Shown here in pieces: positions 16,477 through 26,043 of a DNA stretch of 32,000 bases (its first letter is position 1; each line of letters starts with the position of its first letter). Position numbers and translations under genes: made by a program. The notes beneath the pieces were generated by a model. The model was given only the letters and a program-made list of their open reading frames with translations, did not search any database and was not told the DNA's origin. The stretch spans positions 1,770,001 to 1,802,000 of the forward strand of contig JALDRA010000001.1 in NCBI GenBank assembly GCA_031316235.1, in the 5' to 3' direction. Origin of the DNA: Candidatus Scalindua sp. GTDB taxonomy: Bacteria > Planctomycetota > Brocadiia > Brocadiales > Scalinduaceae.

Positions 16477-18585
16477 CTATTGTTTATCAGCTTCAACAAG
16501 CTCTTCATCTTTCAAGGTAGCTTTTCTGCTCAATTTTACTCGTTTCTGGTCATCAATTCCTATAATTTTTACTTTAATCTCCTGTCCTTCCTTTACTACA
16601 TCTTCAACTTTTTCTATGAAATCATTTGAAAGCTCTGAAATATGAACCAAACCTTCCCGGCCAGGCATTATTTCCACAAACGCTCCATACTCTTTCACGG
16701 TAATCACCTTACCCAAATATGTTCTTCCTATCTCTAATTCATCGGTGAGTCCTCTAATGTATGCTTTTGCTTTTTCCACTGATTCAAGAGACATGGATGA
16801 TATGACGATTGTCCCATCATTATCGATTTCTACACGCGTATCAGAATCTTCCTGAATTCTTTTGATCGTCTTGCCTCCCGGTCCAATGACTAAACCGATT
16901 TTCTCGGGATTTATCTTGATCTTGATCAGCTTGGGTGCGTGTACGGAAATAGAGCTGCGAGGTTTTCCGATGGCAGCTATTATTTCCTTTAAAATGTGCA
17001 ATCTCCCCTCCCTGGCCTGCTCAAGGGCATCTCGTAAAATCTGTTCGGTTATACCCGATATTTTTACGTCCATCTGGAGAGCTGTAATCCCTTTCTCAGT
17101 TCCGGCAACCTTAAAATCCATATCCCCAAAATGGTCCTCACCCCCCAAAATATCAGACAAAATGCAAATATCTTCGCCCTCTTTTACCAGCCCCATTGCG
17201 ATTCCGGCAACTGGACGTTTTATGGGTATCCCGGCATCCATCATGCAAAGCGTACCTCCGCACACCGTTGCCATTGATGAGGAGCCATTGGATTCAAGGA
17301 CATCTGATACAATTCGGATCGTATAAGGAAAATCCTCATAAGATGGCATCATCGGTTCAAGAGACTTTTCTGCCAAAGCACCATGCCCGATTTCTCTTCG
17401 GCCAGGACCTCGAATCGGTCTAACTTCACCGACACAGAATGAGGGAAAATTATAATCAAGCATAAATTTCTTTTTATACTCTTCTGTCAGCCCATCCACA
17501 CGCTGCTCATCTATAGAAGTGCCAAGCGTCGATACCACAAGAGCTTGCGTTTCTCCCCTGGTAAACAACGCCGAGCCATGCGTTCGCGGCAGAAATCCCA
17601 CCTCGCAGGTAATTGGCCTTATATCTTTAAGACCCCTGCCATCTACTCTTCTCTTTTCTTTTACAATCTGCTCTCTGACAACCTGAGCCTCAAGTTTTTC
17701 AAAAACGGCCTTAACCATTCCTTTACTGACTTCACTCTCGCCGTCTGCACAATAATCGTCAAGCAATTTGGAACATATTTCCCCTAATGCCCCGTCTCTG
17801 GCATGCTTTCCCGGAACGGTAGACTTATCTTTTATTTCATCGTAAACCTTTGCCTTTATCTCATCAAAAAGAGACGTATCAGAGTTTTCCTCAGGAACCA
17901 CTTGTTTCACCTTATTACATTCCAAGGCGAGCTCTTTCTGCATCTTTACCAACTTCTTGATTTCCTGGAAACCAAACATGATTGCATCAACACATCTATC
18001 CTCCGAAACCTCTTTTCCAGCAGACTCCACCATCATAACATGATCTTCCGTCCCGGAAACAACGAGATTGAGATCACTTATTTCAAGTTCAGCTTTTTTA
18101 GGATTAACCACAAATACATTATCTATCATGCCAACCCTGACCGCAGCCACAGGACCGTCATAAGGAATGTCTGAAATTGCCACTGCAGCAGAAGCTCCGA
18201 TCATAGCAAGAATATCAGGATCATTCTCACCATCAGCAGAGAGGACCATTGTCATTATCTGCACTTCATTAAAATAATTCTTTGGGAAGAGAGGCCTCAT
18301 TGGCCTGTCTATCAATCGCATCGTTAAAATTTCTTTAGCTGTAGGCCTGCTCTCTCGTTTGTAAAAGCCACCCGGAAATTTTCCGGCAGCATAAGTCTTT
18401 TCTCGATAATCAACGGTTAAAGGGAAAAAACCTGCATCGGCTTTCGAATCTCCCGACACAACTGTTGCCAGGATTACATTGTCTCCACAACGCACAATGG
18501 CCGACCCATTTGCCTGCTTTGCAACTTCTCCGGTCTCTATGCTTATCACACTATTACCAATAGTCTCTTCTACCTTGAATTTCAC
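16477..18585 (-). CDS. pnp: Polyribonucleotide nucleotidyltransferase (PNPase)
   Basis: 702 aa. Two RNase PH domains, KH (IGLVIGPGGKTIKRI) and S1 (GRTYLGKVITVKEYGAFVEI) domains. The start is GTG at 18585, preceded by AAGGGGTGA. Confidence 0.97.
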   Translation of the reverse strand: MKFKVEETIGNSVISIETGEVAKQANGSAIVRCGDNVILATVVSGDSKADAGFFPLTVDYREKTYAAGKFPGGFYKRESRPTAKEILTMRLIDRPMRPLFPKNYFNEVQIMTMVLSADGENDPDILAMIGASAAVAISDIPYDGPVAAVRVGMIDNVFVVNPKKAELEISDLNLVVSGTEDHVMMVESAGKEVSEDRCVDAIMFGFQEIKKLVKMQKELALECNKVKQVVPEENSDTSLFDEIKAKVYDEIKDKSTVPGKHARDGALGEICSKLLDDYCADGESEVSKGMVKAVFEKLEAQVVREQIVKEKRRVDGRGLKDIRPITCEVGFLPRTHGSALFTRGETQALVVSTLGTSIDEQRVDGLTEEYKKKFMLDYNFPSFCVGEVRPIRGPGRREIGHGALAEKSLEPMMPSYEDFPYTIRIVSDVLESNGSSSMATVCGGTLCMMDAGIPIKRPVAGIAMGLVKEGEDICILSDILGGEDHFGDMDFKVAGTEKGITALQMDVKISGITEQILRDALEQAREGRLHILKEIIAAIGKPRSSISVHAPKLIKIKINPEKIGLVIGPGGKTIKRIQEDSDTRVEIDNDGTIVISSMSLESVEKAKAYIRGLTDELEIGRTYLGKVITVKEYGAFVEIMPGREGLVHISELSNDFIEKVEDVVKEGQEIKVKIIGIDDQKRVKLSRKATLKDEELVEADKQ

Positions 18586-18600
18586 AATGTCACCCCTTTA

Positions 18601-18879
18601 TCAGCTAATTTTTCTACGTATACCCAATTTTTCTATCAAACTCCTGTAACACTCTTCATCTTTCTTATTCAGATATTTGAGAAGCGAGGACCTTTTTCCT
18701 ACCATCATAAATAAACCCCGCCTTGATGTGTGGTCTTTTTTGTGACCTTGAAGGTGGCTGCTCAGGTGTTTGATTCGTTCGGTTAGCAAAGCGACTTGAA
18801 TTTCAGGTGAACCGGTATCACTATCGTGCTGCTTGTAATCTTCAATTATCTGCTTCTTTTGCTCTTTTTCTATACCCAT
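18601..18879 (-). CDS. rpsO: 30S ribosomal protein S15
   Basis: [70 protein letters not shown] is canonical S15. I set the start at the internal ATG (92 aa), not the ORF-track start at 18918. Confidence 0.95.
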   Translation of the reverse strand: MGIEKEQKKQIIEDYKQHDSDTGSPEIQVALLTERIKHLSSHLQGHKKDHTSRRGLFMMVGKRSSLLKYLNKKDEECYRSLIEKLGIRRKIS

Positions 18880-18945
18880 AATTAGATCTCCCACTAAATT
18901 GTGCTTACTATAACACAAAGGTTTTTAAATTATCAACAAAAAAAC

Positions 18946-21423
18946 TTACTTTTGAAATGCCTCAATTTTTAAAACAATTTTATTAATGGATGACACCGAT
19001 AACTCAATTGTCGGAACAAGAAAAGTTGCAAGGACAAAAACGTTTAAACTGGATATAGTGCTAAATCTCCCTTTTGAATCTTTAAAGGTATTGAAATTTT
19101 CCGTATCCGACACACTTTCTTCTCCCCATGACTTTTTCAGCCCGACGAGATTATTATATGCTGCTGATGCGGACGATTTGTCAGAATAGCGAACTATGAG
19201 AATTTTATATGGCAAACTGCTGCTCTCAGAATCAAACTCCGCGACAGCAGCATCCGTATCTTCGCTCAGATTTAATATGTTTTCTTTCATGAATGTATCG
19301 GCAATATAGATGTTATCAAGATTAATCTTTTCATGAAAGAACTTTATACTTCCGTTTCTCTGCCCCTCTTCAGGTATAAACTTTAAAATATCCGGTTCCT
19401 GGACATCACCGGACGGAAGAGTTTTTACCAGAGAAGCACCGAAAAATGTCAGATCGTCTGAGGTAATATTGTCCGTGTATGGTTCGATACTTACAAAATA
19501 CTTATCCTGCCATATCCACAGGTAATTTTCAAATAATGAAGCCTTGTGACCTATCTCCACATCATGACCCGCTTTATCCATGGCAAAGACACCAAAAGCG
19601 TCATCAGAATTACCAAATTCCCAGATATCGATTTTTATGGATTTTCCGGAAGCTTTTATATGATATTTTGCAGTAGATACGCGAATAAATGAGTAAGCCA
19701 GATAAGCCTCTGCGCCTCCATTAATATATTCAAAGAGCTTACTGCTGCCATGGTATATGTCAGGGCTTCCCTCTCTGTGCCACAAGGCAATCGATTCGGG
19801 GAGGAATCCATCCTCCCCCCTTTCTATCATTGTGATCTTTTCTTGGGGCTGTATCCCTTCGACAACAATTGCAGATTGACCGGATACCGGGCAAACCTTC
19901 TCACAGAAACCACATCCGATACATACATCTTCTCTTACAAATACCCTCCTGATCTCTTTACCATTTTCATGGAGGTAGGTATTAAAATGTATCGCTTTTG
20001 TGGGAACCGGGCAGACCTCTTCACATACACCGCAGTTGACGTCTTTCCAGTTTTTTTCGAGTTCCGGTAACCCTGCGTAAGCCACCCATGGGATACACCT
20101 GTTTCTGTTTATCCTGGCCTTGCCTATTGCCAATATTTGTTTTTTGTCTTTTGGAAGTTTCGTAATCGCTCCGGAAGGGCAAACTCTCGTGCAGAGCACA
20201 CAATCATACGCACAATATCCAATACGCGGAATCAGTTGCGGAGTCCACATCCCCTCTAAACCAGCTTCCAGGATCACAGGATGTAATCCATTTGTTTTGC
20301 ACACCCTCATACATTCACCGCATCTCATACATTTTGCTAAAAAGGTATTTTCCGGTTGTGCTCCCGGAGGACGGATAATGCAGAGATTTCCTCCTCCTTT
20401 TTTTTTGTGAAAGTTCAGTGATAAAAGCGGTGCTGAAACGATACTGGCAGCACACGCTGCAAAAAAGCCTCTCCTCGTTAAATCAACAGGCTGTGCCTGC
20501 TCCGCTGGCTGCCTTGATGTAAACCGGACTGCTCCCGTATGGCATATATCCTGGCATTTCATGCACAGGATACATTCACCATCCTGGGTTTTTTTCCCCG
20601 TCTCATCAATGGCTCCCATCTTGCATTCGACATTACATCTATTACACCCATCGCAAGCATTTTCCCCTACCACCCTCTTGAATAAAGACCAGTCTGATAA
20701 CAGAGAAAATAATGCTCCCAAAGGACAGAGATTTCGGCACCAATACCTTTTGTAAAACAGACCGAGGAACACAACGACCATAAAGAGTACCAGGAAGGAA
20801 AGGTGTCCCCTGAAAAAGGGAGCATGCAGGGCGAACAGTATCTCCTTTAAAAAGCCGTGTATTCCATCGCTTACAAAGCTAATGAAGGGGAAATCATGAA
20901 GGTAATTGAAGAGTGAGTTCAATATAGACACACAATAGGGATGAATAACGATGGTATATGCGTTTGTTGCAATGCTGAGCGGATCGAACCACCCAACCAT
21001 CTGGCTGCTGATAAATAAACTGAGGAGAAGAAAGCCTAAGAGATAAAATTTAAGCCTCTTCCCATCATACAATTTGGAGGAAATTTTATCTCTTTGTGAG
21101 GCGATCAGTTTATCCGTGGCGTCAAAGGTTGTACCGAGAGGGCATATCCAGCCACAGAAGAATCGGCCGAGGAAGAGAGATGCTAACAAAACAATTGCCG
21201 CAGGCCAGTACTGAATAATAAACTCTCTGGCAGCCACCATTGCCGCGACTGCTGAAAGAGGGCTTGACCGAAGAAAAAAGTTTACCGATCTATCTGTTTC
21301 GGCAATGGGGTCGGAAAATATGAGCAGGACAAGAAATAGAGTAAAAAGCATCCCCTGAACTATGAGCCTTATCTTATAAGCCAATGAGCCTGTTTTCGTA
21401 TATACCTTACGCTGTTTTGTCAT
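18946..21423 (-). CDS. Membrane-bound polyferredoxin: NapH/NosR-like membrane module + NapG/MauM-like 4x[4Fe-4S] module + ~300-aa C-terminal domain of unknown function
   Basis: 825 aa with several TM helices and two CxxxCP motifs (FFCGWICPLG, WCRNLCPLG). Fe-S motifs are CDGCNRCNVEC, CILCMKCQDIC, CMRCGECMRVC, CVLCTRVCP, CGVCEEVCP and CIGCGFCEKVCP. There is an internal LTRRGFFAACAAS followed by IRPPGA. The C-terminal region (LFEYINGGAEAYLAYSF...) contains no Cys motifs. Confidence 0.8.
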   Translation of the reverse strand: MTKQRKVYTKTGSLAYKIRLIVQGMLFTLFLVLLIFSDPIAETDRSVNFFLRSSPLSAVAAMVAAREFIIQYWPAAIVLLASLFLGRFFCGWICPLGTTFDATDKLIASQRDKISSKLYDGKRLKFYLLGFLLLSLFISSQMVGWFDPLSIATNAYTIVIHPYCVSILNSLFNYLHDFPFISFVSDGIHGFLKEILFALHAPFFRGHLSFLVLFMVVVFLGLFYKRYWCRNLCPLGALFSLLSDWSLFKRVVGENACDGCNRCNVECKMGAIDETGKKTQDGECILCMKCQDICHTGAVRFTSRQPAEQAQPVDLTRRGFFAACAASIVSAPLLSLNFHKKKGGGNLCIIRPPGAQPENTFLAKCMRCGECMRVCKTNGLHPVILEAGLEGMWTPQLIPRIGYCAYDCVLCTRVCPSGAITKLPKDKKQILAIGKARINRNRCIPWVAYAGLPELEKNWKDVNCGVCEEVCPVPTKAIHFNTYLHENGKEIRRVFVREDVCIGCGFCEKVCPVSGQSAIVVEGIQPQEKITMIERGEDGFLPESIALWHREGSPDIYHGSSKLFEYINGGAEAYLAYSFIRVSTAKYHIKASGKSIKIDIWEFGNSDDAFGVFAMDKAGHDVEIGHKASLFENYLWIWQDKYFVSIEPYTDNITSDDLTFFGASLVKTLPSGDVQEPDILKFIPEEGQRNGSIKFFHEKINLDNIYIADTFMKENILNLSEDTDAAVAEFDSESSSLPYKILIVRYSDKSSASAAYNNLVGLKKSWGEESVSDTENFNTFKDSKGRFSTISSLNVFVLATFLVPTIELSVSSINKIVLKIEAFQK

Positions 21424-21847
21424 GTAAAATAAAGACAGTGATTCTTGATTGTTTTTAATGCAATATACACCATGCTACCGTTATTTTGTTGATTTGTCAT
21501 CCGATTTTTGACTTGATCGAAAATGCACATTGCTTTAGCATGTAAATCATACAGTAGTGGGCATTAACAAAAAAACATTGATAAAGTCATGAAGCGGTAA
21601 CGAAAATCTCACAAGAATATCATAACGGCATGGAACAACTCTATTGTTTTTTTCTTCTAAAAAAGTGAAAGAGATTCTACAGTTGTACAAACCACCTCCT
21701 GAAGAAGCGCAAAAGGTTTTTCCTAAAAATCAAAGATGAATATTTTTCCTCCAAGATGTATTCTTATAAAGAATCCAAGGCTTTATCAGATTATCTCAAA
21801 GAAGTTGATGAAAAAATTATTAAAAAAAGATGACAAGGAGTTGGTTT

Positions 21848-22915
21848 ATGAAACACAAGAAAGTTAGTATAAAATCCGTGTTAAGAGACGACGTCTCTTT
21901 CTCTCCACCTTTTACGGTTTCTGATCTTCCTCATAAGGCGAAACTGGATCAGAACGAAGCGCCATTCGATCTCCCGGAGGATGTCAAGGAAATCTTGCTG
22001 GGCAAGTTAAAGGAGTGTGAGTGGAATCGCTATCCGCAGCCACTGATGTACACCGAAGTCAAAGTGGCCTTTGCCAAAACAATTGGATTCCCTCCGGAAA
22101 ATATAGTCCTAACTATTGGTTGTGATCAGCTCATTCAGGGTGCGTATCTTATTTCAGGGGGGCATGATCGGAAGGCCCTGGTTTTTGAGCCTACCTATCC
22201 AATGTTTTCCCATGCGGCCAAATTCAATCAGACAAAGGTTACCAGAGTCCAGCTTGCCGCTGATGAGGTGCTAACCAAAAACCATATCAGCAGGTCAAAC
22301 CATCATCTGATTTTTATTGTTGCCCCGAACAACCCGACAGGCACCATGCCGGGGGAGGGTATGATTGAAGCCGCTCTTTCGAAAGACTCCCTGGTGTTTG
22401 TGGACGAGGCATATGTCGATTTCTCCAAAAGGACATGGGCACACCTCATGAATGAGCACCCTAACCTCTTCATTGCCCGCACACTCTCAAAGTCCTGCAT
22501 GGCGGGAGTCCGCCTGGGTTATGGAATTGGTCATCCCGGCATCATTAATGCGTTGGAAACAGTGTTGACGGCTCCCTACCATTTGAGCTATTTTCAACTG
22601 GTAATTGCAAAACATTTCAACCTTATTCAGCCATATCTAAAAGATCTTTCAGGGTGTATTGTCTCTGAGAGAAAACGTGTGGAAGATACATTCAGTGAGA
22701 GGGGAGTCTCCTTTGTACCTTCCCAAGCCAACTTTATCCTCTTTCGGGCAAATGACCCATCAGCGGTTTTTCAACAGTTGGCAGAAGCGGGAGTACGTAT
22801 TCGCAGCCTCCATACCATTCCCGGTCTAGCAGGGTATGTACGGGTGACGATTGGAAAAAGGGAGGAGAACGACCTGTTCCTTGAAAAACTAGCTACCTGT
22901 AATGATCGCGTCTGA
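21848..22915 (+). CDS. hisC: Histidinol-phosphate aminotransferase (class II aminotransferase)
   Basis: KLDQNEAPFDLPEDV...WNRYPQP, APNNPTG, VFVDEAY and the PLP-lysine context TLSKSCMAGVRLGY. I chose the ATG at 21848, which has AAGGAG 7 nt upstream. An earlier ATG at 21830 is also possible. Confidence 0.85.
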   Translation: MKHKKVSIKSVLRDDVSFSPPFTVSDLPHKAKLDQNEAPFDLPEDVKEILLGKLKECEWNRYPQPLMYTEVKVAFAKTIGFPPENIVLTIGCDQLIQGAYLISGGHDRKALVFEPTYPMFSHAAKFNQTKVTRVQLAADEVLTKNHISRSNHHLIFIVAPNNPTGTMPGEGMIEAALSKDSLVFVDEAYVDFSKRTWAHLMNEHPNLFIARTLSKSCMAGVRLGYGIGHPGIINALETVLTAPYHLSYFQLVIAKHFNLIQPYLKDLSGCIVSERKRVEDTFSERGVSFVPSQANFILFRANDPSAVFQQLAEAGVRIRSLHTIPGLAGYVRVTIGKREENDLFLEKLATCNDRV

Positions 22916-24553
22916 CCTTGGTACTTTCTGAGATTCTTGAAAAACCCCTTCCATTCCTCTCGATGTCCTGACTCGCAGGGTTTCATTATCATCCTCATAG
23001 ACAATAATGCCTTCAACATCAGGGAGTTTTTCAATCAGTTTCATACCCTCCTCCAAACCCAGGACGAATACTCCGGTAGAGAGGGCATCGGCTTTGGTGG
23101 CATTATCTGCGATTATGGTAACACTTGCAATACCCTTAACAGGCCTGCCTGTCCTCGGATCAATAATATGAGAATATCTTTGACCATTTATTGTGAAAAA
23201 TTTTTCGTAATCTCCAGAGGTGGAAACTGCCTTATCGGTAATCTCAAAAGAACCGATAATATCCTTACTGTTTCGAGGATGTTGCAAACCGATAATCCAC
23301 GATTTCCTTCCGGGCGGCGAACCGCAGGCGTACACATTTCCCGCAAAATTTATTAATGCGGATCTTATCCCGTTATTGCGAAGCAGCTTCATTGCCGAGT
23401 CAACCGCATACCCCTTTCCAATCCCTCCCAAATCCACCTGGGTGTGAGGATTCTTAAATGATATGACCTTTTCAATGTTTGAACCCCGAAATAAAGACTT
23501 TTTAGAATTTTCTTCAATATGAATATTTTTATACGATACCGACCGGAGTACTGAATCCAACTCATCCTTGTCAGGTATCTTTCCCTGCTCCTTAAAAAAC
23601 CCCCACTTCTTCATAAGAGGCCCTATGGTTATATCAAAGGCCCCATTTGAGATATCTCCATACTGTATGGATTGTTCGATGATGTATGCAAGCTCATCGT
23701 CACAGGCAACCGGTTCTGATACCGCCTTTCGATTGATCTCTGACAGATCACTCTCTGTTTTATAATTGCTCATTAAATTATCGAGCCTGTTAACTTCATC
23801 AAAGACCTCATTAAATACCTTTTCGGCTTCACTTTTGCTCGAAACATAAGCAGAAATATCGAAAACTGTCCCCATGCTCATGATAGCTTTTTTGAGCAAT
23901 TTTGATTCTATTTTTCCCCTTTTTGCCTTGAACTCCACCTTTTTCAGCGAATTAACATCATTCTCTCTTTTTCCATCAAGATAGTACTCTTCAATTACCG
24001 CAAGTACTTTCTTGACACCCGTGCACATGGTAACGACAGACATGGTTGCCCCGGTGATATTAATGATATCCCGGTTAATCCGGATTCGATTCTTGAGGGA
24101 TTTCCCTTTAAACTGATGGAGAAATCTTTTATTCATGATCTCACTACCCCTGCTTTCCCGATAAACAAGAACGGCTATATGACGAATCTCACCTTCCGGA
24201 TTTGATGACACGATAAAGGTATAGGGGTGAAACTTCCCAACCTCTTCAGTAATTATTGCGTATCCTGCAACTACCCCTGACCTGATACCAATGTAAACAG
24301 TAAAACGGTCCTCAAATATCTTACGCTTCAGTCTCTTTTGAAGCCGGTTCTTTTCCTCTTCTGTAGGAATAATCTCTTCGTAAACGATAGAGTCACAATC
24401 GGGAAATGTCTGCTGAAGTGCCTGTTCCGGTGTAAGAAACACCTGAATATCGTAGCTCTCGGCAGGGTCGTCTTTGTAATCCGCCTCTACGCTCTGCCGG
24501 GCAGCAATACTAACAATTGCGATTAAAAATAACAGAGAAAGGGTTTTTTTCAT
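22889..24553 (-). CDS. apbE: Secreted fusion of an FMN_bind domain (NosR/NqrC/RnfG-type flavinylation target) and ApbE FAD:protein FMN transferase
   Basis: 554 aa with a signal peptide (MKKTLSLLFLIAIVSIAA). The FMN_bind region ends in NRDIINITGATMSVV, the S/T-G-A-T flavinylation motif. The ApbE region has MGTVFDISAY, AFDITIGPL, VDLGGIGKGYAVD and SHIIDPRTGRP. Confidence 0.85.
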   Translation of the reverse strand: MKKTLSLLFLIAIVSIAARQSVEADYKDDPAESYDIQVFLTPEQALQQTFPDCDSIVYEEIIPTEEEKNRLQKRLKRKIFEDRFTVYIGIRSGVVAGYAIITEEVGKFHPYTFIVSSNPEGEIRHIAVLVYRESRGSEIMNKRFLHQFKGKSLKNRIRINRDIINITGATMSVVTMCTGVKKVLAVIEEYYLDGKRENDVNSLKKVEFKAKRGKIESKLLKKAIMSMGTVFDISAYVSSKSEAEKVFNEVFDEVNRLDNLMSNYKTESDLSEINRKAVSEPVACDDELAYIIEQSIQYGDISNGAFDITIGPLMKKWGFFKEQGKIPDKDELDSVLRSVSYKNIHIEENSKKSLFRGSNIEKVISFKNPHTQVDLGGIGKGYAVDSAMKLLRNNGIRSALINFAGNVYACGSPPGRKSWIIGLQHPRNSKDIIGSFEITDKAVSTSGDYEKFFTINGQRYSHIIDPRTGRPVKGIASVTIIADNATKADALSTGVFVLGLEEGMKLIEKLPDVEGIIVYEDDNETLRVRTSRGMEGVFQESQKVPRSDAIITGS

Positions 24554-24559
24554 ATCTTA

Positions 24560-25048
24560 TCACGGTAGTCCTATTATATCTTCAACATGCGTTAAAAATT
24601 CTTCTTCCTTTTCACCTGTAGAGTGCACCCTCTGCCACCTATACGCAGCACTGCCCCCCCTGGGTTTTTCCTGAACCCTGCAACTTACGGCAACGGTGCA
24701 AAAAGTATTGTTACGGGAAACATTGACTATCAGACAATGCCTCTCTTGCCAATTGTCATCAAGAAATTTTCTCGTTAAAACACTTCTCGCATTTTTCTGT
24801 GACCATCCTTCAAGCCAGCCGCTCTTAATAAGGCCCTTATCTTTATCAATCTTTTCAAGCGGCATCCCATCCAATGCAATCACAGCAGCTGACCATAACG
24901 TTTCATAATCAACTTGAAAGGTCCTCAGATACTTCGAAGAGGAAGAGCTATTAGAAATATCCTTGCGCACCTGATCGCCAGCAGTGAAAAAGCAGCCTGA
25001 TAAAACCGGGACAAGAAATAGAGCGATGGAGAGAAGGATACTTTTCAT
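24560..25048 (-). CDS. Lipoprotein, unknown function
   Basis: MKSILLSIALFLVPVLSGC contains the lipobox L-S-G-C. Its stop lies 6 nt upstream of the ApbE-fusion start, so the two are probably co-transcribed. I used the ATG at 25048 rather than the upstream TTG at 25078. Confidence 0.55.
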   Translation of the reverse strand: MKSILLSIALFLVPVLSGCFFTAGDQVRKDISNSSSSSKYLRTFQVDYETLWSAAVIALDGMPLEKIDKDKGLIKSGWLEGWSQKNARSVLTRKFLDDNWQERHCLIVNVSRNNTFCTVAVSCRVQEKPRGGSAAYRWQRVHSTGEKEEEFLTHVEDIIGLP

Positions 25049-25248
25049 AATATTGCAAATGAGACTAAATTTCAGCAAAGAGATAGTAACAGAATTATTC
25101 TTCAGTTGTCAAGAAATTAAAATCGGAAAGCTGGGGTAATTAATGAATAGAGGCTGCATAGGGAGGCAGCTAAAAGGGGAGAGAGGTTGAACTGTTACAC
25201 GAGAAAACTGGAAGGTACAAAGTAACCTTGAAAAAGCTGCTGAGAGGA

Positions 25249-25485
25249 TTAACTTTTTTTTATGTGGATCTTAAATCCATCCTCGAACGGCTCAACCTTC
25301 ACGATCTTATGTCCATCTTCCTTGATACTCCGCGGAACATTGCGCATAGGCTCTCCGTCATCCAGCGTTACCTCCAGAATCTGGTCACTTTCCATCATCT
25401 CGAGCTTCAACTTTGTTTTAACAAAATTAATCGGACAGAGAACACCCCTCAAATCAATTTTTTCATTTCCTTCATTTCCACTCAT
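25249..25485 (-). CDS. TusA/SirA-like sulfur-carrier (sulfurtransferase) protein
   Basis: 78 aa. IDLRGVLCPINFVKTKLKLEMMESDQILEVTLDD matches the TusA pattern D-x-R-G-x-x-CP-x-P/N...G-x-x-L-x-V, including the conserved CP cysteine. Confidence 0.75.
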   Translation of the reverse strand: MSGNEGNEKIDLRGVLCPINFVKTKLKLEMMESDQILEVTLDDGEPMRNVPRSIKEDGHKIVKVEPFEDGFKIHIKKS

Positions 25486-25626
25486 CTGTCAAATATCCTC
25501 TCTGTTTTCTTCTTACGTTATACCAAATCCTGGTGAAGGTATACCCGCTCAAATTTATCTCGGATTTTATCCGAAATCCAGTATGAGATGAGTATATTCT
25601 ATGCATACGGCAAAGGGCTTACCTTT

Positions 25627-26043
25627 TTATTGCTCTATCTCTTCCTCAACCACTTTTCTCTTTTTGTCAAGATGCCAGGATTTAACTTCGGTATCCACTC
25701 CTTTGTTCACTGATATAATTACGTATGAGTATTCAGTCCATACGTAAGCGCACTCTTTATCAAAGTCCGATGGTGTCGGGGGGTGGTCCGGATGTGAGTG
25801 GTAGATGCCAATAATGCTTAACCCACCCGCGATTGCCTTTCGGTCTATCTCATCAAATGTTTTTGAGTCTATTTCGTACCTATCCTGTGCCCTCTCTGTA
25901 TTCCTGTTTTCAACTGGATGGATCTCATGCACGACTTTTCCAGCACCCGTGCTGCCCGTTAATATACCACAGCATTCAAATGGGTAAGAAGCTTTTGCCT
26001 CTTCCACTAGCCTGTTAACCAAATCCCTGCCTATGAAAATCAA
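25627..26043 (-). CDS. JAMM/MPN+ (Mov34) metalloprotease
   Basis: 138 aa. Glu in YPFECCGIL plus HSHPDHPPTPSDFD gives an intact E...H-x-H-x7-S-x2-D zinc site. TTG is the only canonical in-frame start after the upstream stop. Confidence 0.8.
   Translation of the reverse strand: MIFIGRDLVNRLVEEAKASYPFECCGILTGSTGAGKVVHEIHPVENRNTERAQDRYEIDSKTFDEIDRKAIAGGLSIIGIYHSHPDHPPTPSDFDKECAYVWTEYSYVIISVNKGVDTEVKSWHLDKKRKVVEEEIEQ

Noticed and set aside
16862-18174. Several 75-154-aa + strand ORFs
   Set aside because: All are antisense to pnp, whose identity is unambiguous.
21458-21472. Minus-strand TGGTGTATATTGCAT upstream of the polyferredoxin gene, which looks sigma54-like
   Set aside because: The GG to GC spacing is 8 nt rather than 10, so it does not fit the -24/-12 geometry.
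25486-25626. Possible small ThiS/MoaD-like carrier gene between the JAMM and TusA genes
   Set aside because: The only ORF on the - strand (about 46 codons, MHRIYSSHTGFRIK...) overlaps the TusA start, lacks a C-terminal GG and has no beta-grasp-like pattern.
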